64,000 nt of DNA from Gracilinanus agilis (lineage: Eukaryota), in NCBI RefSeq assembly GCF_016433145.1, contig NC_058134.1, positions 281,902,518-281,966,517 of the forward strand. Reading direction: 5' to 3'. Shown in pieces: positions 46,435 to 64,000 of the stretch (within the stretch, counting starts at the first letter, position 1; every line of letters starts with the position of its first letter). The notes beneath the pieces were generated by a model that was not told the DNA's origin, did not search any database, and worked only from the letters and a program-made list of their open reading frames with translations. Position numbers and translations under genes: made by a program.

Positions 46435-48469
46435 AAGACCTTCCAGGACTGAATAGCCCAAACCCAAAGATCCAGTAAATAATCAAAGGAGCAAGATTAC
46501 AGCCAATTACTGGGGGGGGGGGGGGGAGAAGGAAAAAACATGAGTAAACAACAGAAAAGGAAAAAGAAATTACAATCTATAGCTTCTATCCAGAAAATGA
46601 ACAAAGAGCAAATGGATCAGAGGAGGACCAAGGAACATCAAGCAAAACACAGAAACTCCAGTGAAATGGACATAGGCTTTGGAAGAACTCAAAATTCAAT
46701 TAACTCAAGAACTCAAAAACAATCATGAGAGGCTGAAGATAACTGGAAAAAGGAAATACACAAACTAAAACAAGAAAATAGTGCCTTGAAATCCAAAACT
46801 GACCAGCTTGAAAATAAGGCAAAGAAAGTGAAAGATGACCTACAAAGAAAAACAGACCAGGAGAGGGATGACCAAAAAGCCAGGGATGAAATTCAGTCTT
46901 TAAAAATTAGAATCCAACAACTACAAGCAAATGACTTCACAAGGTAGCAAGAATCTATAAAACAAAATCAAAAGAATGAAAAAATTGAGGAAAATATGAA
47001 ACACCTCATTGACAAAACCCCAAATCTGGAAAACAGATCCAGGAGAGACAATTTGAGAATTTGAGAATATCATCCTACAAGAAATTATCCAAGAAAATTG
47101 TCCTGACATTCTTGAATAAAAGCGAAAAGTGGAGATTGAAAGAATCCATGGATCACCTCCTACATTTAATCCCCAACTGGCAATGCCCAGGAATGCTACA
47201 GCTAAATTCAAGAACTACCAGGCCAAGGAAAAAATATTACAAGCTGATAAGAAGAAGTAATTTAGATACTATGGAACCACAGTTAGGATAACATATAGGA
47301 TCTGGCTGCATCTACACTGAAGGACCAGAAGGCATGGAATACGATATTCCAGAAAGCAAGGGAACTAGGCCTACAACCAAGAATCAACTACTGACTATAT
47401 TCTTGTAGGGGAAAGTATGGTCACTTAATAAAATAGATGACTTCCAAACATTCATAAAGAAAAGGCCAGACTTAAACAGAAAATTTGATGTTCAAACACA
47501 GAACTCAAGAGAATCACCAAAAGGTAATTAAGGGGGGGGGGGCAAAAAAATCAAAACTTTCTTTAAGGGACCCAATAAGTTCAAATGATTTGTATTCCTA
47601 TAAGAAAAGATGATATTGGTAACTCTTAAAAATCGTTATCATCATTAGGATAGCTAGAATAAGTATATTTATAGGGAACAATGACAAACTGTAAAGGATG
47701 AAATGTTGAGATATATATGTATGTATAAATATATATAAAACTCGAGGTAAAAAGGGATACTATTAAGAGAAATGGTAAAAGAGACAAAATGTAGTAAATT
47801 TATATTTCATAAAGAAACGCATGGTGGGAGCAGGGGAGAAGACCAATACATTGGAAGAGTAAAGAGGTTGGAGACAGGAAATACTGAAGTCATATGTGCA
47901 TTGAAATTGACTCAAAGAGGGAAGAACAATCAGACCTATTGGGGCAGAGAATTGATTTGTGCCCTGCAGAGAAGTAGAAGGGTACAAACTAACAGGTAGG
48001 GAGGGAAGGAGAGTGTGGAAGATAACTCAAAAAGACCCTAAAGAAAAATAAGAGGGGAATAATAAGAGAGTGGGCAGAAAGGGAAGTAAAATAAGGGGGT
48101 GGGGGTTAGGGGGACTGATTAAAAACAAAACACTGGTATAGAAGAAAATAATGAAAGAAGAAAGGGCAGGACAAGGAGATGAAATCAAAATGTTGGGGAA
48201 TACATAGCTGGTAATAATAACTCTGAATGTGAATGGGATGAACTCACCCATAAAACAGAAGCAAATAGCAAAGTGGATTAGAAATCAAAATCTTACCATA
48301 TGCTGTCTATAAGAAACACACATGAGGCAAGTAGACACACAGAGAATAAAGATTAAAGGCTGGAGCAAAATTTATTGGGCATCAACTGAGAAAAAGAAGG
48401 CCAGAGTCACAATCATGATATCTGACAAATCCAAAGTAAAAATAGATCTAATTAAAAGAGATAGGGAAG

Positions 48470-49353
48470 TGTTATAAGGGTCCTGGTGAGGAACTGAAGC
48501 TGAGTATGTGTGTGGGTGATACCTAAGTGTAGCACTTAAGTTGTGATAGTGAAACACAAAGGGCCCACAAGATAGTTGTATTGAATCTGCTAAACTCAGC
48601 TTCAGAATAACAGCATCCCAGAATAGCCAGCCAAATGAAGAATCTGTGAATGGAATTATACAGATACTTCTAACTGACTAATTTGGCCTAGTAGGATAAT
48701 GCTAGAGTTTGACTGCGGATTATATCTTGCTATGAATGTTACTATTCTCCTTTCCCTCAAGTGTCCCAGGGATACAAACACTAAGCCTCATGATAAAGTT
48801 GACACCAATCTAGGTAAGTTCAAAGATTCAATGTGCTTCAGGCTTAGGAGGGGAACAGGGTAAATAACTGAGAAGGAGGGAAACAGGAAGATCTTGATCT
48901 AAGCTAATGCTGACAAAGATGGTACTTGAATCGAAGGTAATCAGGATTATCAGTTGTTAATTGATAATTGCTAGTCCAGCCTGGCAGAGCCAGACTGATT
49001 CACCCAAATCAGGTTGTTTGCTGAAGGATGTTGTTGTTTCTTCTTGGAGTATGAATCAGAAACAGGTTACTCAGTATAAAGGTATCACAGGATCAGAGAC
49101 TGTGAGATTGGTCAATGAAGTTTGCTAGTAATTCAAGTTGACCTAAGGCCTACCCTCACCACCACCACAAACCTCCCACTCCCCAAAATATCTCAGATTG
49201 AGACCCTGTCTCAGTTTAAATCCTCCCTTTAATACTTGAGCATCAACTGACTTGGCACAAGCCAGTCCCTACCAGGCTCAGTCCATTCCATGTTCTAATC
49301 AGGTAACTGTCCATCATCTTGCTTTCCATATTGCTTTGCAAAATATCATTACA
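48470..49353 (-). mobile_element. Solo ERV LTR (884 bp) inside L1 ORF2 endonuclease region
   Basis: TG...CA termini, 4-bp TSD GAAG; removing it restores L1 sequence GATAGGGAAGGCAATTACATC. Confidence 0.85.
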
Positions 49354-50710
49354 GAAGGCAATTACATCCTGATAAAAGGCAGTATAGACAATGAGGAAAT
49401 ACAAGTACTCAACCTTTATGCACCAAATGGTATAGCATCCAAATTTCTAAAGGAGAAATTGGGGGAGCTAATGGAGAAAATAGATAATAAAACTATACTA
49501 GAGGGAGACTTGAACCTTCCTCTAGCAGATCTAGATAAATCAAACCAAAAAATAAATAAGAAAGAGTTAAGAGAAGTGAACAAAATCTTAGAAAAATTGG
49601 AGTTAATAGATATGTGGAGAAAAATAAATTGGGATTAAAAAGGAATATACCTTCTTTTCAGCAGCACATGGTACATTCACAAAGATTGACCAGGTATTAG
49701 GACATAAAAATATAGCAAACAAGTACAAAAAAGCAGAAATGATAAATGCAACCTTTTCAGATCATAATGCCATAAAAATAGTTATTGGCAAGGGTACATG
49801 GAGAGGCAAACCAAAAATTAATTGGAAATTAAATAATATGATTCTACAAAATCAGTTAAAGAACAAATCATAGAAACAATTAATAATTTCATTGAAGAGA
49901 ATGACAATGATGAGACTTCTTACAAAATCTATGGGATGCAGCCAAAGCAGTACTCAGGAGGAAATTTATATCCTTGAGTGCATATATTAACAGGGCAGAG
50001 GTCAATGAATTGGGCATGCAAATTAAAAAACTAGAAAGTAAACAAATTAAAAATCCTCAGGTGAAAACTAAATTAGAAAACCTAAAAATTAAAGGAGAAA
50101 TTAATAAAATCATAAGTAAAAGAACTATTGAATTAATAAATAAGACTAGAAGCTGGTACTTTGAAAAAACAAATAAAATAGACAAAGTACTGATCAATCT
50201 AATAAAAAAAAAAGGAAAGAAGAAAACCAAATTAACATTATCAAAGATGAAAAAGGAGACCTCACTTCTAATGAAGAGGAAATTAAGGCAATCATTAAAA
50301 ACTATTTTGCCCAATTATATGGCAATAAATACAGCAATTTAGGAGATACAGGTGAATATCTACAAAAATATAAATTGCCTAGATTAACAGAAGGAGAAAT
50401 CTAATATTTAAATAATCCTATATCAGAAAAAGAAATTGAACAAGCCATCAAAGAACTCCCTAAGAAAAAAATCCCCAGGGCCTGATGGATTCACACGTGA
50501 ATTCTATTAAACATTCAAAGAACAACTAATTCCAATACTGTAAAAACTATTTGACATGATAAGTTCTACCAAATTCCCTTTATGTCACAAATATGCCTGA
50601 TTCCAAAGCCAGGCAGACCAAAAACAGAGAAAGAAAATTACAGACCAATCTCCTTAATGAACATAGATGCAAAAATCTTAAATAGAATACTAGCAAAAAA
50701 GACTCCAGCA

Positions 50711-51160
50711 GGAATTCCATGTGAACTGGAATGACCTCCAGGAATTGATGCAGAGCGAAAGGAGTAGATCCAGGAGAACACTATACACAGAGACTGATAC
50801 ACTGTGGTACAATCGAACATAACAGACTTCTCTACTAGCAGCAATGCTGAGGGACTTATGAGAAAGAAAACCAGCCACATTCAGAGGAAGAATTGTGGGA
50901 GGAGAAACACAGAAGAAAAACAACTTCTTGAACACGTGGGCTGATGGGGATATTATTAGGGTTGTAGACACTAAACGATAACTCTAGTCCAACTATCAAT
51001 AATATGGAATTGGGTCTTGATCAATGATACATGTAAAATCCAGTGGAATTGTGTGTCAGCTAAGAGGGGTTAAGGGGGGCTTGAGGGAGAGGGAAAGAAC
51101 ATGAAACATGTAACTATGGGGAAATATTCAAAATTAAAATTAAAAAAAAATTAAAAAACA
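50711..51160 (+). mobile_element. 5'-truncated younger L1 3' end nested in L1 ORF2
   Basis: A-rich tail; TSD ACTCCAGCA at 50702-50710 and 51161-51169. Confidence 0.85.
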
Positions 51161-53099
51161 ACTCCAGCAAGTGATCACAAGGGTTATTCACTATGATCTG
51201 GTGAAATTTATACCAGGAATGCAAGGATAATTCAATATTTGGTATTTGGAAAACCACCCACATAATTGACCATATCAACAAGCAAACCAACAAAAATCAT
51301 ATGATTATCTCAATAAATGCAGAAAAAGTCTTTGACAAAAAACAACACCCATTTCTATTGAAAACACTAGAAAGTATAGGAATAGAAGGGCCTTTCCTAA
51401 AAATAATAAACAGTATATATCTAAAGCCATCAGCAAGCATCATCTGCAATGGGGATAAATTAGAAGCCTTCCCAATAAGATCAGAAATGAAACAAGGATG
51501 CCCATTACCACCTCTATTATTTAACATTGTATAAGAAACACTAGCAGTAGCAATTAGAGAAGAAAAAAAAATTGAAGGTATTAAAATGGGCAACGACGAG
51601 ACCAAGCTATCACTCTTTGTAGATGATATGATGGTCTACTTAAAGGATCCCAGAGAATCAACTAAAAAGCTAGTGGAAATAATCAACAACTTTAGCAAAG
51701 TTGCAGGATACAAAATAAACCCACATAAATCATCAGCATTTCTATATATTTCCAACACATCCCAGTGGCAAGAGTTAGAAAGAGAAATGCCATTAAAAAT
51801 CACCCTAGAGAAAATAAAATACCTAGGAATCTATCTGCCGAGACATACACAGGAATTATACAAAATCATTCCCCAATTGATAAATGGGCAAGGGACACGA
51901 ATAGGCAATTTTCAGATAAAGAAATCAAAACTATCAATAAGCACATGAAAAAGTACTTTAAATCTCTAATAATTAGAGAAATGTAAATCAAAACAACTCT
52001 GAGGTACCACCTCACGCCTAGAAGATTGACTAAAATGGCAGCAAAGAAAAGTAATAAATATTGGAGGGGATATGACAAAATTGGAACATTAATGCATTGC
52101 TGGTGGAGTTGTGAATTGAAACCACCATTCTGGATGGCACTTTGGAACTATGCCCAAAGAGAGCTAAAAGACTGCCTGCCCTTTGGGTTTATACCCCAAA
52201 AAGATCATAAGGAAAAAGGCTTGTATGAAAATATTTATAGCCACACTCTTTGTGGTGGCAAAAAACTGGAAAACGAGTGTATGCTCTTCAATTGGGGAAT
52301 GGCTGAACAAATTGTGGTATCTGTTGGTGACAGAATACTATTGTGCTCAAAGGAATGAACTGGAGGAATTCCATGTGAACTAGAAAGATCTCCAGGAATT
52401 GATGCAGAGTGAAAGGAGCAGAACCAGGAGAACATTATACACAGAGATGTGTAATACACTGTGGTAAAACTGAATGTAATGGACTTCTCTACTAGCAACA
52501 ATGCAATGATCCAGGACAACTATGAGAGACCTATGAGAAAGAATGCTATCCACATTCAGAGGAAGAACTGTGGGAGTAGAAACACAGAAGAAAAAAGTCT
52601 GCCTGATAACATGGGAGGATGGGGATATAATTAGGGATAATGACTCAAAATGAGCACCCTAGCGCAAATATCAATAATATGGAAATAGGACTTGATCAAT
52701 GACACATGTAAAACCCAGTGGAATTGTGTGTCGGCTATGGGAGGGATAGAACATGAATCCTATAAGCATGGAAAAATTAATTAAGTAAAAATTTTAAATT
52801 AGTTAAAAAAAGAAAATTGCTATTACATGTAATTGGTAAAATAAAATATATTTTAATTAATTTGTTTATTTGATTAATTTAGAATATTTTTCCATGGTTA
52901 CATGATTTATGTTCTTTCCCACACCTCCTCCCTCCCCACTCCCATAGCCACTGAGCAATTCCACCAGGTTTTACATATATCATTGATTAAGACCTATGTT
53001 CATATTATTGTTTGCAATAGAGTGATCATTCAGAGTCAACATCCCCAATCATATACCCACTGAACCATTTTACCAAGCAAATGTTTTTCTTCTGTGTTT

Positions 53100-55860
53100 C
53101 TGCTCCCATAAAATATCTTTTGAAAGGAAGAAAGAATTTGACATTGCAAAAGAAAAGAAATCCCAAAATGGAAATTTCCCCTATTATGATAGCCAAATTC
53201 TAGAGCTCCCAGGTCAAGGAGAAAATATTGCAAGCAGACAGAAAGTACAATTCAGATATTGTGGAATCACAGTCAGGATCACCCAAGATTTAATGGCTTC
53301 CATGTTAAAGGAGCAGAGGGCTTAGAATACATATTCCAGAAGTCAAAGAAGCCAAGGATTACAACCAAGAATAATCTACCCAGAAAACTGGGCATAATAT
53401 TTTGGGGTAGGAGTGGGGAAATTAATATTTAATGAAATAAAGTACTGTAAGAAGGAAAATTTAGGTATTTATAAATATATATTAAAAATATGTGGCCGCC
53501 AGGAACCAACAATTTAGGTTGATTCCTTAATTAAATCAGACCCAAGTCAGCATCGGGTTGAAGAGTTTATTTACAGTCTGTTAGGTAATAAGTAGGAATA
53601 AAGAGAAAAAGGAGAGGCTAGTCCAGGCCAAGCCTGGACGGAGAGAGAAGAAGGTTATAAAGCTTAATAAATGAAGCTGTAAGCCACAAGGCCCAACAGC
53701 CAGATAGGCAGAGTTTAGAATTGGCCCAGCAAGGCCAAGGAAGTCAGCCTAACTTACCCACGTGACAATATAGAGTGTAATCTGTCTGTGGTCTCAGGAG
53801 ATGCTTCTTCTTCCAGTTCGAGACGGCAACTGCTCCCACAGGAAGTTCACTAACTTACTTAAAGAGATCGTGTCTTTCATCACTTCCTGTGGTCCACCTC
53901 TAATTCAAATGGACAAATGGCAGTTTCTACATTGATTTGGACTGCCCAAATGGCAGTCCCTTATTCTTGATTTGTTACTTATTGTCACATGTGGGTAACT
54001 CGTCTCCCCTCCCCACTAAGGGAGGTGAGAGTGACATCATTAGCACGCCTGGGTTGAATAGAATTTTGACTATTAATGGGCTGGAGCTAATTCTATTTAC
54101 ACAGTACTTTCAAGAATTCTTGAAGAAAAGATTAGAGCTGAATAAAAAATCTGACATTCAAACCCAAGACTCAAGAGAGATATAAAGAGATAATCATGAA
54201 AGAGAAATCACAAAGGACTAAAAAAGTTAAACTGCTTACATTCCTAAATGGGAAGATGATAAATGCAGCTCCTAAAAACATTATTCAGTATTAGGGCAAT
54301 TAGGAGGAGTCTAAGGGGTATGAGTTGATTATGTTGGGATGATCTAAAAAAAAATAAATAAACGGATGAGAAAAAAGAATGAACTTGGAGAAGGGGGAAG
54401 TGAGAGGGGAAACGAGGGAAATTATCTTACAAAAGAAAGGAATGTAAGGAAGAACTTTTATAATGTAGAGGGGTGATGGCAGAATGGTTAAACTTTACTC
54501 TCAACAGAATGGATTCAGAGATAGAAGAATATATATAGACATTCAGTTGGCTATAGAAATCTATCTTATCCAACAGAGAAATAGGAGGGGAAGGAGATAA
54601 AAGAAAGTGGGAGGTGATAAAAGGGAGGGTGGATTAAGGGAGGCAGTGATCAGAAACAAAACAGCCTTTTGAGAAAGGACAGGTTAAAAAGAGAGAAAGA
54701 GATGATAAACCAAAGAAAATAAAATACACGTAAGCATAACTGTAAATGTGAATGGAATTGAGCTCACCCATGAAACAGAAGTACAGAGCAGAATGGATTA
54801 GAAACTTGTTTGATTATAATCCAACAATATGTTGTTTACAAGAGACATACTTGAAACATAAAGGCACACAGAGAGAGTTAAAATAAGGGGCTGGAGGAGA
54901 ATCTATTATGATTCAGCTGCAATCAAAAAAGGCAATCATGATCTCAGACAAAGAAGAGACAAAAAGAGGTCAAATTAAAAGAGATAATCAGGGAAACAAT
55001 ATTTTACTAAAAGATACAATAGACAATGGGTAAGATCAAATTCTCTTATGGCAAGTTTTCTCTGATAAAGTTCTTTTTCCTCAAATATACGGGGAACTCA
55101 AATATACAAATTTCTAAAAATAAGAACCATTCTCCATTTAATAGATTTATCAGATGATATGAACAGGCATTTTCCAGAAGAAATCAAAGCTATTTATAAT
55201 CACATAAAAATGTTCTAGATCATTATTTATTAGAGAAAGGCAAATTAAAACTCTGAGATAGTCCCTCACACCTATCAAAAATAATAAATGCTAGCAGAGA
55301 TGAGGAAAAATAGGTACACTATTGAACTGTTGGTGGAGTTGAGAACTGGTCCAACCATTTTGGAGAACAATTTGGAAGTATGCCCAAAAGGCTTTAAATT
55401 GTGCATACCTTTTGACCCAGCAATACCACTGACTAGGTCTGTATTCCAAAGAGATCAAAGGAAAAGGATGGATATTTACAAAAATATTTCTAGCAACATT
55501 TTTGGTGGTGGTAAAGATTTGGAAATTAAGGAAATGCATATCAATTGGGGAATGACTGGACAATCTGTGGCATGTGATTGTGATATAGTACTATTGTCCT
55601 ATAAGAAATAAGAAGGGGGATGGTTTCAGAAAAATATGCCAAGACCTATAAAAACTGATGCAAAGTGAAGTGAAAACCATGTGATCACTGGATCCCATGT
55701 CATAATGACGATCAACTGGGAAAAACGTTCTTATTCTGACCAATCCAGTGATCCAAGATAACTGATGAGATCTGAGTGCAAATCGAAGTATATTTTTCAC
55801 TCTATTTTTTTTTTGCTTTTTAAATAATATGGTTAATACAAGCATTTTCCATGATTTTAC
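53100..55860 (+). mobile_element. Older L1 remnant (ORF1 end, spacer, ORF2 start, 3' end) interrupted by an LTR
   Basis: L1-like ORF1/ORF2 sequence, heavily decayed. Confidence 0.75.
53446..54103 (-). mobile_element. Solo ERV LTR (658 bp) inside L1 ORF1
   Basis: TG...CA termini, 4-bp TSD GTAC; several CpGs retained; flanks rejoin as L1 ORF1. Confidence 0.85.
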
Positions 55861-55897
55861 AGGTATAAATGATTTTCATATTGTTTGCTTTGTCCGT

Positions 55898-56039
55898 NNN
55901 NNNNNNNNNNNNNNNNNNNNNNNNNNNNNNNNNNNNNNNNNNNNNNNNNNNNNNNNNNNNNNNNNNNNNNNNNNNNNNNNNNNNNNNNNNNNNNNNNNNN
56001 NNNNNNNNNNNNNNNNNNNNNNNNNNNNNNNNNNNNNNN
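55898..56039. other. Assembly gap (142 N)
   Basis: Run of n. Confidence 1.
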
Positions 56040-56385
56040 ATGAATGAATCTTTGCACAGACTGTCCCCCATGCATCCTGCCTCACTGCCTCATAGAATGC
56101 CTAATTTCCTTCCAAGCCCGGCTTAAATGCTTCCTACAGGAAGCCTTTCCACATCCCTCTTCCCTAACCTATTGCTTTTATGCTCTTCCTTCCTTGAGCC
56201 CATATTACTTTGTGTTTACTTGGCATAAATGTTGTACTCCTCTGTGCACAGATGTTTCTCCCCTATAGAATGGAAGAATGCTTCAGAGGAGGAATTCTTC
56301 CTCTTTTTCTTTGTAACCCCTAGCCCCTGGCATGAAGCATGGCACATACAAGGGCATGATAAATGCTCATTAAATTGAAATGAAT
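56040..56385 (+). mobile_element. L2 3' end fragment
   Basis: TTAAATGCTTCCTACAGGAAGCCTTTCC...AAATGCTCATT..TGAAT tail. Confidence 0.65.
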
Positions 56386-56451
56386 TCTCCTCTCCCCTGA
56401 TCTCCCGTTCCCCTACAATGACACTGGAGAGCAAGGCTCCTTCTTAAACAG

Positions 56452-56457
56452 TTTATT
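56452..56457 (-). terminator. GLI1 polyA signal AATAAA
   Basis: TTTATT on plus, ~150 nt after the stop. Confidence 0.75.
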
Positions 56458-56608
56458 ATCATCATATCATTATTAAATTCCAGGAGAATCCCCCTAAAAT
56501 ATATACAGACTTTGTACAGTCTTCCAGCCCAGTGCCCTGAGCTGAGAGCTTCTAAAGGAAAAGGATGAGGATGGAGCCTCCAGGTTCCCTTTTACAAATC
56601 GAGGCCTC

Positions 56609-64000
<7,392 letters not shown>

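Larger units (their letters stand above)
46435..52830 (+). mobile_element. Degraded near-full-length L1 (5' UTR remnant, ORF1 ~46540-47530, ORF2 from ~48180, 3' UTR)
   Basis: ORF1 MSKQQKRKKKLQ...; ORF2 endonuclease (QVLNLYAPN, LEGDLNLPL) and RT ([26 protein letters not shown]). Many stops, an internal deletion near 51864, and two nested insertions. Confidence 0.92.

Noticed and set aside
49252-51986. Intact, active L1
   Set aside because: Multiple stops and frameshifts, an internal deletion and nested insertions.

Overview
Mammalian genomic DNA, most likely marsupial and Monodelphis-like (inferred from abundant SINE1_Mdo-like, MAR1, L1, L2 and RTE repeats). It is syntenic to human 12q13.3. 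Four spliced protein-coding genes were rebuilt exon by exon with consistent splice phases. DDIT3/CHOP (+, 173 aa) has its conserved spliced uORF and stress-response promoter. MARS1 (-, 21 exons, 899 aa) has a 3' UTR overlapping that of DDIT3. ARHGAP9 (+, 17 coding exons, 729 aa) and GLI1 (-, exons 5-12, truncated by the window edge) follow. Intergenic DNA is mostly retroelement, including a ~13 kb nested L1/LTR pile-up and a 142-N gap. The top finding is a young ~470 bp non-autonomous RTE retroposon (25935-26403, perfect 15-16 bp TSD). Its 5' end is a near-canonical type-P1 twister ribozyme core, and the insertion junction lies at the predicted self-cleavage site. Repeat family names and comparisons to human come from memory, not database searches, and repeat boundaries are approximate.
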